NCBI RefSeq assembly: GCF_963921235.1
Contig: NC_086103.1
Span: 54,374,001 to 54,438,000, forward strand
From: Mobula hypostoma
Taxonomy: Eukaryota
DNA: 64,000 bases
Reading direction: 5' to 3'
Position numbers and translations under genes: made by a program. The notes under the pieces are model-generated. The model was not told the DNA's origin. It did no database searches and saw only the letters and a list, made by a program, of their open reading frames with translations. Each line of letters opens with the position of its first letter. Positions within the stretch are counted from its first letter, which is position 1. Positions 49,611 to 63,075 of the stretch are shown here, piece by piece.

Positions 49611-52184
49611 CAGCTGGCATTACTAAAGTGATATAATTTCTTGAAAATGTCTTAGTAATTATAGTTATTGACTAACTGTGGAATTATATATATTTTTTAA
49701 AAATCCAGTGGTTTATTCATTCCCATTACTTACTTTGTTCTCTGTTTTGCAAATGATCAAGACCATCATTTCTAGACAGATCAGAAATAAATAACATTAT
49801 AACAATGATATGGAACAATTTTATTTCACCTTTGCATTATAATTATTTTTTAAGGAAAAGTTAAAGCTGTCACTGAAAATGCTTCCAATAATATGTGCTG
49901 TATAAAGAAAGCCCCATTTCCTGGCAAGAAATTATTTTAATGCTATCCATGACACTGCTCATAACTCACTTGTCATTTCCTCCTTTAGTTAACATCCCTG
50001 ATGGAATATAAATCATATTCCTATTTCATTGCCATAATAAATCCTCTTCCATGTGCATGTAAATCCTTTGCTCCTGGTATATTTGGAAAGTTTCCCACAT
50101 TGTAAGATCCTTGCTCGACTCTGCTTGTTGAGCTTCTCCCTGTGAGAAGCTGATAAACTAGTATTTTTTGTACAAAGCTATAATTTTAGTCATAAATATT
50201 TGGTTAATTTTGATTGCCCCAGTGACGTGTCTTAATTATTAAAGCAGTTAATCATTGAGAACTGGTTCAATAGAGAAAAAAATGTCAGATGTTTTCAAAA
50301 GCTGAGTATTTTGCCAATAGATCAGCAATATCTAATATTAATGGATCCTAAACGAAAACACCAAAGATTAACATCTATATGAGAGATTACTTACGTCAAG
50401 GAGGGATTGTAGACTCAGATGATCAAAGCCAATATTTCAAGGCATTCTTGAAGGAAGTGATTGTATTTACCAATGCCTTCGCTGTTTACTTTATTTCTCA
50501 GTAGTCTAGATGACACCTCAATTCTTGACAATGCAGCCACTGGTCAACGATACACAGGTCAGCCAAGATAGATTGGAGTTATGTTACAAGTGAGGCATGT
50601 TCATTGAGCATGGTTAGTATATTCCTGTGGGGTTTTGTCTGATTTCAGTTGCCTGCAAACCTTTCCTTACAAGTAAAAATATTTCATTTTCAAATTCTAG
50701 TACAGAGATTAATCATAGTACACATTTCTTGTGCAAAGAGAGTTAACCCCCAGCCTGTAGATTATCCAGAGCCACGGCCTATGTTACCATTATCTTTACA
50801 AGGTAGAGCAAGTATAATTAAGTAAATATTCCTCTCATTATCTCATGAATCTTCCATTTTTTTTACATATCCCCAGTGTCATCTTCAAGCACTAAATCTG
50901 ATTGACAGGCCTCTCAAAGGAGCTTAAGTGGCAAATAATACATTAAGCTTTGATGCTTTCAGCATCTCTCAGTCCATACTGAAGCATCATTATCAACTGC
51001 TTATGATATTCTCAGATGGAGTCCATTCCAGCTGAGAGCAGATTGATCTCATTTTCTTTATCTCAGTTCCTTTCAAAGAAAGATTATAACATACAGAATA
51101 AGTACCATATCTTTCATTCCACCCTCCGTGGTATTTTGGGTCTAAAATTCATGGCAAGTAATGGGAGGAAATTCAATAATTTAATTTCCAGTCCTGTGAT
51201 TACTGTTGGTATTTTATTATAAATGTTTGAAGGTTGTAGTTCTATTTTGCTTTTTCAATCTACACCAGAGACTAGCCGTATTCCTTTCATTTCCCTTTTC
51301 TTCTCGGATATCAGTGAGTAACCAATACCCTCACAAATTGGCTGATCAATTTCTCATAGAGGACAATTGGATTGCAATTTCTCAATCCGCATACTAAAAG
51401 TGAACTAATTGAGGAATAAATGAATATCATGCAAAATACCTGCTCTTCCACCTTTGAAACATTATTGTGCTTGATAAAATTTAAGAAGAATTTTAGATGT
51501 TGAGCTGAATATTCCATTTATTTTGAAACTACATTTCAGAAATATAATGGATTACAATTGTGGAGATACATCCTCTGAACAGGACAATCGTCTGTCTCAG
51601 CTGTACCGGAAAACAGTCCTCTGATCATAAAAAAACACTCCATGAACCTACTTTTGTATGCTTTTATTGCACATTGCATTAAATGGAAATCCATCATTTT
51701 TCATCTATTCAAATCTGAACAATAACACCAGGATTTTCTTTTCCAAATCCACCTGCTTTTGGTTTGGTAAATAAAACTGCAGTAGTGAATTGTGTTTGTG
51801 TTTTGATGCTAAAGAATAATTGTCACAATTCTTCTTCCATGCCTTGTCACAGTGTCGTGCTCAACAATAAAAATACAACTCTGATTTATGCAGATGAAGG
51901 CAGAGCATATAATTCAGCCATCCTTGGGAATTCTGTACTTTCTGCTGATATGTAGTGTTCCAAGATTGAGAAGGGCAGATACTGAACAGCACTACTTTGG
52001 TTGGATGTAGTCTATGACAAGCAAATCACCATATGGAAAGGTGCTGTATGAATAATGTTGGCTCCAGGCTACTGTGAATGAATAGATGAAAGACGAAACA
52101 GTGTATTGCATACATATAAACAAACTCTAGCCAGCCTTCACAATACGCATCCAAATAATAAGGCAAAGCTCTTGATGTTAATTC

Positions 52185-52895
52185 ATAGAATCAGAGTTGA
52201 ACAACACCTATATGGCTTGTTTCAGCTCACTTCCCCCCAAACTGACATGATGGTTATCCCACTCTAATCCAATTTGCCTGTATTAGTCTTCTATGCATCC
52301 ATTTCTTATTTATCCAAATGTCTTTTAAATGTTGTCATTGAATTGACCTCAAACTCCTCCATTGGTAGCTTGTTGTAGTTAACTACTACCTTCTCTGAGA
52401 AAGCTTGCCCCTCAGATCTCCTCTAAATTTCTCCTCTCTCACTTTTAACCCTTCCCCTCTATTTCATATCTCTAAAAGGTCATACTTCACTCTCCTTTGT
52501 TGCAGTTAAAATATATCCTACCTATCCAATCTCTCCTTATTTCAACAGCCTTCCATTCAGGGAAAATCCTGGTGAAACATTTCTGCAACCTCTCCATTGT
52601 TACTACATCCTTCCTATAGTGTGATGATAGAAGTGTACCTAATACTCAGGATGTGGTCTAATCAATGTCTCGTGCAAGTGCAGTGTGATGTCCCAACTTT
52701 ATACCTCAACCTATGAAGGAAAGTCTTTGTTATGCTTCACCCCCATTCATCTACCTGAGTTGTCACTTTCATGAAGACCTGCACCCCACATTCCCTCTGT
52801 ATATCAATGCTCCAATTGTTCCCCCATTTATGCTCTATGTCTTATCAGAACTTGACATCACAAAGTGCATTATCTCACACTTCCCACTGTTCTCC
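52185..52895 (-). mobile_element. Very decayed CR1 3' part
   Basis: CR1-like tail at about 52185 (CATAGAATCAGAG) and a remnant of the RPHLEY region at about 52620-52660. Confidence 0.65.
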
Positions 52896-52923
52896 CCAAC
52901 TTTCCAGTGCCTCGAAGTCTCCG

Positions 52924-55640
52924 TGTCAGGCCTGCACAGGCATGCAGCTTCCAGTCTCCACTCAACTAATAGGAATCACCTGCCACTCCTTTCCAACTCC
53001 TCACCTGCAGCCTATTTAAACCCAACTCGCAACCAGTTACTCCCAGCCTTCAGTTACCTAGTAGCCTATGAATTTAGTATCTGTTCTCTCTTGTTTTGTG
53101 GCCCCTTTTGACTTGTTATATGGCAGTTTATTATTAAAGTTATCGCTCACCACTAAATTATTTCCGCTGCTCTGTTTTCGGGTCAACCCTCTGACACATT
53201 TCCTGACAGGATGTGTGAATGATTTATCGACCTTGCAGAGTACTCTTGCCTAAGGGACGTTTTCTCTTACATTGAGCACTTGATCCAGAAGCAGCAGGAA
53301 AACGCTGACCACTTGTTTTTCACTCTCTTCCAACTGTTTGTCTTGGTACAGCAACCTTGTGACAGTCAACCACCACCTTCCGAGCTCTGGATTCCAGTGC
53401 CCGAACACTTTAATGGATCCCCAACCTATTGCTGCAACTTCCTGTCCCAGTGAATCTTAAACCAACCTCCACCATCTCTGTTTTCTACGGACCGAGGCAA
53501 TCTTGCCTTCATCATCTCTCTCTTGATTGGGTGAGTTCTGCCCTGGCTCATTACTAGCTGGGACACTAAAACCACCATTTATAAAAAATATGAGTAATTC
53601 ATCTGATATATGCCAGGTTTTTGACTACTTCGGAAGTAGAAGCGAGGCAGCGAATCAAGTACTTCACCTGTGTCAACACTCAAGATGGTTGTTGGATTAC
53701 ACCGTGGGTTATGGCACCATTGTAGCAGAGGTTTTCAACCTTTCACTGCTATGGCTGGAAATTCCCACATGCTTCAAAAAGACATCAATTATATCAGTGC
53801 CTAAGAAGTGTAATGTGAGCTGTCTTAATGACTATCATCCAGTAGCATTCACATCTACAGTGATGAAATGCTTTGGGAAGTTAGTTATGACTAGACTGAA
53901 CTCCTGCCTCAGTAAGGACTGGGACCCATTGCAATTTGCCTATCACCACAATAGGTCAATGGCAGACGCAATCTCAATGACTCTTCACATGGCCTTAGAC
54001 CACCTAGACAATACAAACTTCTATGTCAGGATGCTGTTCATTGACTATAGCTCAGCATTTAACACCACCATTCTCATAATCCTGCTTGGTAAGTTACAGA
54101 ACCTGGTCCTCTGCACCTCCCTATGCAATTGGATCCTCAACTTCCTAACTGGAAGACCACAATCTGTGTGGATTGGTGATAATATCTTCTCTTCGCTGAC
54201 GATCAATACTGGTGCACCCCAGGAATGTGTGCTTAGCCAACTGCTCCACTCTCTCTAGACCCATGACTGTGTGGCTAGGCATAGTTCAAACACCATCTGT
54301 TAATTTTCTGATGATATAACCATTGATGGTAGAATCTCAGATGGAGGAGAGAGGGTGTACAGGAGCGAGATATACCAACTTGTGGAGTGGTGTCACAGCA
54401 ACAACTTTATACTCAATGTCAATAAGATGAAAGAGCTGATTGTGGGCTTCAGGAAGGGTAAGATGAAGGGACACATACCAATCCTCATCAAGGGATCAGA
54501 AGTGGAGAGAGTGAACAGTTTCAAGTTCCTGGGTGTCAAGATCTCTGAGGACCTAAACTGGTTCCAACATATCAATGCAGCTATAAAGAAGGCAAGACAG
54601 TGACTATACTTCATTATGAGTTTGAAGAGGTTTAGTATAAAAACAAGAACACCCAAAAACTTCTATAGATGTACCATGGAGAGCATTTTGACAGGCTGCT
54701 TCACTGTCTGGTATGGGGGCTGGGGGAGGTAGTGGGCTACTGCACGAGACAGAAAGAAACTGCAGAGGGTCGTAAATTTAGTCGGCTCCATGTTGGGTAT
54801 TAGCCTACAAAGTACCCAGGACATCTTCAAAGAGCAGTATCTCAGAAAGTTAGTATCCATCATTAAGGACCCCCAGCACCCAGAGCATGCCCTTTTCTCA
54901 TTGTTACCATCAGGTAGGAGGTACAGAAGCTGGTAGGGATGCTCCCTTAGCTTCCCAAGAAAGTGAGTGTTGATGGAAAAACAACATGTGTGCTTACTGT
55001 GGAGCCGCTGATCACCCACAGTTCCAATAACCACTGCGCCCAGGAAATGGCACCACCTGGTAGAGACAAGGGGCCTCCCTTCTGGTAAGATACCCACCCA
55101 CCCCAGCCCATCTTCGTTCCAGCACCATAACCCAAAACACTACCTTGGTCCTTCTCCACACCACAGCTCTATGTGCACAGGAGGCTCTGGTGTCACAGCA
55201 GGCATCTTTCTGGACTGTGTGTATGCAGCTGGATTCCCTACAGAGCTTGTCTGTCATCCCTTCTGCATCACAGCCTTTGATGGATATCGCTTGGGGTCTG
55301 GGATAGTCAGAGTGTGGCACATGAGCATCAGAGAGCACTCTGAGTACATCCAATTCCTCCTTATCGACTCACACAACAATCCTCTCATGTTGGGTTAACC
55401 CTGGCTCTGCACTCACAATCCTTAATTCATCTGGTCACCTGGTTCACTGCTGAAGTGGGGACTTCACCCCGTAAATCCATGGAGATGGAGAAAACACTTG
55501 ACCTCACCAAACTCCCACAGGAATACCACAAGTTCACCATCGCCTTCAGTAAAATGGAAGCCAGCACTCTGCTGCCTCACAGAGCACACAACTGCTTGAT
55601 AGACCTCCTTCGGAACACCACTCCACTCCGAGGTCACGCT
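52924..55640 (+). mobile_element. Decayed sushi-like Gypsy 5' portion (LTR about 52924-53208, gag, protease, start of RT), interrupted by Rex1
   Basis: TGTCA start and TGACA end for the LTR. Gag remnant PEHFNGSP..CCNFLSQ..AFIISLL. LPQEYHKF..FSK..LLPHRAHNCLIDLL in ORF 55455-55679. Confidence 0.7.
53722..54930 (+). mobile_element. Rex1/Babar RT fragment
   Basis: EVFNLSL..LNDYHPVAFTSTVMKCF..DPLQFAY..LFIDYSSAFNT..NTGAPQ (ORF 53527-54258), FKFLGV (54355-54603) and HPEHALFSLLPSGRRYRS. Confidence 0.9.
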
Positions 55641-56067
55641 CTCTCTCTCTCTCTCTCCTCCTGCGATCCAAGCTGTTGACTATCATCAACTGATCTAGGT
55701 TAGCCAATTCACTACACAACTGTTAATTAAGCAAAGCTTTCACTTTGTTGTCTCTGCACAAATATCATTTAACTATGTTGACCCTGGGCCTGCAATATAA
55801 AACATGAATTCCACTATTCCCTCAGTACCAATACCGGTGAAATGCCTGTCTTGGCATATGATGGTTGTGGTCCTACTGCCCGAGAAGGGGGATCTTTGCT
55901 GCCTGAGCAACTGATGCCCAGTGTCCCTTCCATGCACTGAGTGCAAGATGTAAGCCAAGGCAGCGATTAATCTCCTGGGTTCCCAGCTGGCTCAAATGAT
56001 CCACCCAGACCAGTCCTACATGATCCTGGGCTAGTCCATTCAGGACAATATCCATTTGCTCTGGGAC

Positions 56068-58745
56068 TTAGAAACATAGAAAACCTACAGCACAATACAG
56101 GCCCTTCAGCCCACAAAGTTGTGCCGAACATGTCCCTACCTTAGAATTTGCTAGGCTTACCTATAGCCCTCTATTTTTCTAAGCTCCATGTACCTATCCG
56201 TACCGGCAGCCCATTCCATGCACTCACCACTCTCTGAGTAAAAAACTTACCCCTGACATCTCCTCTGTACCTACTTCCAAGGACCTTAAACCTGTGTCCT
56301 CTTGTGGCAACCATTTCAGCCCTGGGAAAAAGCCTTTGAGTATCCACATGATCAATGCCTTTCATCATCTTATACACCTCTATCAGGTCACCTCTCATCC
56401 TCCTTTGCTCCAAGGAGAAAAGGCCGAGTTCACTCAACCTATTCACATAAGGCATGCTCCCCAATCCAGGCAACGTCCTTGTAAATCTCCCCTGCACCTT
56501 TTCTATGGTTTCCACATCCTTCCTGTAATGCGGTGACCAGAATTGAGCACAGTACTCCAAGTGGGGTCTGACCAGGGTCGTATACAGCTGCAACATTACC
56601 TCTCGGCTCCTAAATTCATTTCCACGATTGATGAAGGCCAATGCACTGTACGCCTTCTTAACCACAGAGTCAACCTGTGCAGCTGCTTTGAGCATACTAT
56701 GGACTCGGACCCCAAGATCCCTCTGATCCTCCACACTGCCAAGAATCTTACCATTAATACTATATTTTGCCATCATACTTGACCTACCAAAATGAACCAC
56801 CTCACACTTATCTGGGTTGAACACCATCTGCCACTTCTCAGCCCAGTTTTGTATCCTATCAATGTCCCGCTGTAACCTCTGACAGTCCTCCACACTACCC
56901 ACAATACCTCCAACATTTGTGTCATCAGCAAACTTACTAACCCATCTCTCCACTTCCTCATCCAGGTCATTTATAAAAATCACCAAGAGTAAGGGTCCCA
57001 GAACAGATCCCTGAGGCACTCCACTGGTGACTGACCTCCATGCAGAATATGACCCATCTACAACCACTCTTTGCCTTATTGTGGGCAAGCCATTTCCGGA
57101 TCCACAAAGCAATGTCCTCTTGAATCCCATGCCTCCTTACTTTCTCAATAAGCCTTGCATGGGGTACCTTATCAAATGCCTTGCTGAAATCCATATACAC
57201 TACATCTACTGCTCTTCCTTCATCAATGTGTTTAGTCACATCCTCAAAAAATTCAATCAGGCTTGTAAGACACGACCTGCTCTTGACAAAGCCACATTGA
57301 CTATTCCTAATCATATTATACTTCTCCAAGTGTTCGTAAATCCTGCCTCTCAGGATCTTCTCCATCAACTTACCAATCACTGAGGTAAGACTCACTGGTC
57401 TATAGTTTCCTGGGCTATCTTTACTCCCTTTCTTGAATAAAGGAACAACATCCATAACCCTCCAATCCTCCGGAACCTCTCCTGTCCCCATTGATGATGC
57501 AAAGATCTTTGCCAGAGGCTCAGCAATCTCCTCCCTTGACTCCCACAGTAGCCTGGGGTACATCTTGTCCAGTCCTGGTGACTTAACCAACTTGATGCTT
57601 TCCAAAAGCTCCAGTACATCCTCTCACTTAATGTCTATATGCTCAAGCTTTTAAGTCCACTGCAGGTCATCCTTACAATTGCCAAGATCCTTTTCTGTAG
57701 TGAATACTGAAATAAAGTATTCATTAAGTACCTCTGCTATTTCCTCCAGTTCCAGACATACTTTCACACTGCCACACTTGGTAGGTCCTATAATTTCATA
57801 TCTTATCCTCTTGCTCTTCACACACTTTTAGAATGCCTTGGGGTTTTCCTTAATCCTGTCTGCCAAGGCCTTCTCAAAGCCCCTTCTGGCTCTCCTAGTT
57901 TCCTTCTTAAGCTCCTTCCTATTAGTCTTATAATCTTCTAGATCTCTAACATTACATAGCTCTCTGTAAGCTTTTCTTTTCTTCTTAACTAGATTTATTA
58001 CAGCCTTTGTACACCATGTTTCCTGTACCCTCCCATAACTTCCCTGTCTCATTGGAACGTACCTATGCAGAACTCCACATAAATATCCCCTAGAAATTTG
58101 CCACATTTTTTCTGTACTTTTCCCTGAGAACATGTGTTTCCAATTTAAGCTTCCAATTTCCTTCCTGATAGCCTCATAGTTCCCCTTACTCCAATTAAAC
58201 ACTTTCTTAACTTGTCTGTTCCTATCTCTTTCTAATGCTATTGTAAAGAAGATAGAATTATGATCACTATCTCCAAAATGCTCTCCCACTGAGAGATCTG
58301 ACACTTGACCAGGTTCATTTCCCAATACCAAATCAAGTACAGTCTCTCCTGCTCTAGGCTTATCTACATATTGTGTCAAGAAACCTTTCTGAACACACCT
58401 AACAAACTCCACCCCATCTAAACCCGTTGCTCTAGGGAGATGCCAATCGATATTTAGGAAATTAAAATATCCCATCACAACAATTCTGTTATTATTACAC
58501 CTTGCCGGGATCTGTTTCCCTATCTGTTCCTCAATATCCCTGTTACTATTGGGTGGCTTATAAGAAACACCCAGTAAAGTTATTGACCCCTTCCTGTTCC
58601 TAAACTCCACCCACAGAGACTCAATAGACAATCCCTCCACGGTGTCCACCTTTTCTGCAGCTGTGACACTACCTCTGATCAACAGTGCCACGCCCCCACC
58701 TCTTTTGCCTCCCTCCCTGTCCTTTCTGAAACATCTAAAACCTTG
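56068..58745 (-). mobile_element. CR1 LINE ORF2 (endonuclease to 3' end), 5'-truncated, few disablements
   Basis: ORFs 57828-58751 (DREGGKRGGGVA..SDHNSI), 56967-57605 and 56171-57130 (GVPQGSVLGP..SKFADDT). AGAAACATAG tail at about 56068. Confidence 0.95.
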
Positions 58746-58749
58746 TCCC

Positions 58750-59575
58750 ACGAGGTTAGCCTTTCAGTAACCTTTCTCTCTGTCTTGATCAGGAGAAGGT
58801 GTTTGAATGGGTGGATCTGCGCATGTTGGAACTAGGATCGTATTTTGTTGCCTGTGTCTGTCTGATGCATGCTGCTGTGGAGTGCCAGGTAAAGGTTAAT
58901 GGATCCTTGATGGCTTCCTTTTGCCTTGTGGGAGTGGTACATCAGGTTACCTGATGTTGGGGCAGCTGTACTCAATCTACATAGAGCCTTTTCTATGCCT
59001 TCTTCGGAAGCAGTTGACAGGTCTGGATCCGTGCAAGGTCCTCCTCATGATCTCAGATCCTATTGACCTACAGAGGATATGAGACTGCCAGGGAGTCTTC
59101 TCAGCCGAGTCCTCTGGCCAGGGTCAACTGGTCTTTTAGTGGGTCAGTGGGGGATAGACTCGCTGCCAGAAGAGCTAAAACCATTTGTGTTGAGCACCTT
59201 GCAGTTCCTCTATCTGGGAGTACACCGCAGAGCCTTGGCCAGTGAACTGGTAGGACTTGGAGACAAAATTCTTCATCTGGCTGGGATGCTGGTTGGGTCG
59301 ATGTCACTAATCTCATACCAGGGAAATTATCCAGCTGGTAGTCTCCATGCTTTGGCACCGGCTGGTCACTTTAGTCCCACCTAATGAACTTGTTGCCAGG
59401 ACCTAGAGCAAGTTGATGGACTTCTTCTGGAGAAATAGGAGGCACTGCATCTCTGCTATGGTCCTGAGTCTTCCGAATGCGAAGGGCAGTCAGTCATTGT
59501 TATGCATATGTACTCAGCAGGTAGCTCTCCACCTCAGAACTCAGCAGAGATACCAGTACGCTGAGCACCCTCTAG
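58750..59575 (+). mobile_element. Decayed L1/Tx1-like RT fragment
   Basis: Remnants VKVNGSL..GVHQ, LYSIYIEPF, FLYLGV and LMDFFW. Confidence 0.55.
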
Positions 59576-59576
59576 T

Positions 59577-60576
59577 CACCCTTTTGGATAAGCCTCTATT
59601 AGCTTTGCACAATGTGATGGAGCAAGATTTGCCCATTCCTTGTAAAATTGATCAAGCTGTTCCAGATTATTTGGGGGATGGCAATGGACAGCAACTTTGA
59701 GGTCTTGCCGGAGATATTCAATTTGGTTTAGATCAGGACTCTGACTGGGCCACTCAAGTACGTCCATTTTCTCCATTTGAAGAAGATACAGTAAGGATGT
59801 GGAGGAAGGTCTTATGGTTGGATGAAACTAAAGTGGAACTTTTTGGCCTCAATACTAGGTGGTGCATGTGGCATAAAACTTATACCATGCATCAGCCAGG
59901 TTACACCATCCCTACTGTAAAGTATGTTGGAGGTAGCCTTATGCTATGTTGAAGCTTTTCTGCAGCAGGGACTGAAATTCTCTTCAGGGCTAATGGGAAG
60001 ATGAATGTTGTGAAATACAGCGAGAACCTAGATAATAACCTGTTAGCCTCTACCAGAAAGCTTAACCTGGGAAGGAAGTTCGTCTTTTAACAGAACGACA
60101 ACCCAAAGTATACTGCCAAGACAACTGCAGAATGGCTTCAAATAAAGAAAATTGATCTCCTTGAATGGCCCAGTCAGAATCCTGACCTGAACCCAATGAA
60201 ACATCTCTGGCAAGACCTCAAGATTCTTCTCCACTGCCACTCCCTACCTAACCTGGCACAGCTTGAGCAATTCTGCAAGGAATGGGCAAGTCTTGCTCCA
60301 TCGCACTGAGTAAATCTAATCGAGACTTATCCAAAAGGATGAATAGCTGTAATAGCTGCGAGAGGTGGTTCAACTAAGTACTGAACAAAGGGGGATGAAC
60401 ACTTTTGAACTGCTGACATTTCAGCTTTTGAAATTCAGTATTTCTTACTTAACAATTTTCCCCGTTTGTTTTTGGGGAGGTTGGCACTACTGTGAAGAAA
60501 TTGATCAAAATCCCTGTTTGCAATACTCATTTATGTGAACAAAGTGTTGGAGGCTAAATACTTTTTCCAGGCACTG
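59577..60576 (+). mobile_element. Decayed Tc1-like transposon 3' half (about 59790-60576), plus an inverted partial duplicate (59577-59777)
   Basis: WRKVLWLDETKVELFG, QNDNPKYTAK, EWPSQNPDLNP..HLW, GGSTKY*. TIR-like end ..TTTTCCAGGCACTG. The minus ORF 59576-59776 repeats LEWPSQSPDLNQIE. Confidence 0.85.
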
Positions 60577-60814
60577 GGATATTCAGGCCAGTTCCTGAAA
60601 ATCTGTCAAAAGTGTAAATAATCCTCTATATAGAGTACGACCAGGAAACACGCTGGCAATCACCACAAATTTTCAAGGATGTCACTGAAGTTACGCAATC
60701 ACAAACAGCCCAGCAACCTGTCCTTCAGGTTGATGATAATCAAATATTTCAGTTTCAATGACTATAACATAATGAATTCTATTGTAATTGTATGCTCTTG
60801 CATCCTGTTCTGGA

Positions 60815-63075
60815 GTCATATAGCAATACTGCACAGATACAGATCCTTTCGTCCAACAAATCCTTGCCAGCCATGGAGCCCACTTAACTGGTCTCAATCT
60901 CCTGTGTTTGGCCTATATTGTCCTAAGCCCTACTACTTGATGTATTTATCCAGGTGGTTCGTAAATAATTTTGTAGTTCATGCCTCAACCACATCTTCTG
61001 GCAGGTCATTCTATGCACTCACCATCCTCTATGTGAGTTGCCCCTCAGGTCCCTTTTAAACCTTTCCACTCTCAACCTAAATCTACACTCCTGAGTATTG
61101 ATCTCCCCTACATAAGGGAAAAGACTTTAACATCCATCTTCTTTAAGCCTTTCTATATGGTTGCCCCTCATTCTCCCAAGTTCCAAGGATTAAAGACCTA
61201 TCTTGGCCAACCACTCCCAATAACTCAGGCCCTTTTGTCCTGGCAAATCACTTCTGCACTCTTTTCAGTTTAACCATGTCTTTCCAATAATAGGTGATCA
61301 AAACTGTACACAATACTCCAAGTGCAGCTTCACCGATGATTTACACAATTGCAACATACTGTAATGTACCAAATCCTATACTAAGTGCCATGACTGATGA
61401 AAGACAGTATGCTGAACATGTTTACCACACTGTCTACACACTTTCAATGAACTATGCATTCATACCCCTCAGTTCCTCTGTTCCATTATACTCCCTAGTG
61501 TACTACCATTTATTGTATGGGTCTTAGGCCGTTTTGACTTTCCAAAATGTATTACCTCAACTTGTCTGTATTGAAATCCATTTGCCACTGTTTGGGCAAC
61601 TTCCTAACTAATCAAGATCTCCCTGTAATTGATGACGACCTTCTTCACTATCAACACCTTCTAACAATTTGTCATCAACAGACTTACTATCAACCCTTGT
61701 GCATTTGAATCCAAATAATATAAATAATAAATAACAATGGTCTCAACACAAAACTCTGTGGCACATCATTAGTCGCCATTCTCCTTTCTGAGCCAATTTT
61801 GAATCCACCTAACTAGCTCCATGTAGATCCCATGGGACCTAAATTTTTAGACCAGCACACCATGCAGGACCTTGTTGAATACCTTGTTAAAATCCAAATA
61901 GACCTTATCCACTGCCATAACCTCATCTACCTTATTTTTAACCTTTTCAAAAAACCTTGAAAAGAATCATCAACCATGGGTTTCCACATATAAAGCCACA
62001 TTGAGTCTTTCTAATCAGACTTCATCTATCCAAATCCTGGTAGCTTCTGTTCATTAAGATTCCCTCTATAATAACTCTCCACTGTCAGGCTGACAGCCTG
62101 ATAATTCCCTGCCTTACTCTTGCTGCCTTATTGAAGCATCAGAACAATATTAACCACTCCTCAGTCTTTGGGAACTTCTTCAGTGGCTAATGATAAAACA
62201 AGTATATCTGCAAGAGCTTTTTCAATTTCTCCCTAGGCTCTCACAAAATCTGAGGATCCTGTAGATTTATCCATCTGATTTCATTGTACGGCCACAAATA
62301 CTTCCTCCCCTGAACGTGTATGTCCTCCAAATCATCTCCACGTGCAGGAATCCCAGTGACTTTGACAATTCAAACAAAACAGAAGACTTATTACATAAAC
62401 CAACCAGCAAAATTAGCAATGACTCAGGCAAACTACACAGAGTCTTCAAGAACTGAAGTCACTCACAATACACAGAAGAACGGTCTGAGTTTCACCAGAC
62501 AACAATCCACAATGTCTGAACAAAGTGGAGTTGGGATGCCCCTTTGAAATACACCCTGGAGCATGTAGGAATTCAAGACCAAACAGACAGCCCCAGTGCT
62601 CAGATGAAGCATTAACCCCCAATGACAACAAGTACAATGTAAGAGATTGAAAATCCTGTGCTAATTCAATCACCCCAAATAGAATAAAAGTGATAAATAC
62701 AAAGAGAGCTTAACAACCCCCCTGATACCAAATGAGACACGTGCAACACAAAGTGAAAACCCAGGGCTAGTGCAAAGACAAAGTATTAGGTATAAAAGAT
62801 AAGCAATCCAAGGAAAATTGTATATCCACGAGGTCATGATGAGAAAACACATACTAACTGGAAAAAATCTTTTCTTTTTTTCTAAAAATGACCCCTGGTT
62901 GTGACGTTTCCCTTATCCTTTAAAGAACCAATGAGGAAAAATACTTTTAAAAATCTCATCCACCACCAAGTGGACCTACTCTATTGCTTGCCACCCTTTC
63001 ACCCTCAGTATAGCTATAGAACTTCCAGGGATTTTCCTTAGCCTTAACTATCAAATCCATCTCATACTTTCTCTT
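60815..63075 (-). mobile_element. Very decayed CR1, with unexplained sequence at about 62340-62950
   Basis: CR1 3' remnants (CAAAACTGTACACAATACTCCAAG; TTTGTCATCAACAGACTT for the FADD region) and KENPWKFYSY..VGPL (62956-63075). Confidence 0.7.

Noticed and set aside
49960-50520. Minus-strand splice-like signals (CTTCTCACAG, GTAAGT) in unique AT-rich DNA
   Set aside because: Candidate exons contain stops in every frame. Non-coding exons cannot be judged without RNA data.
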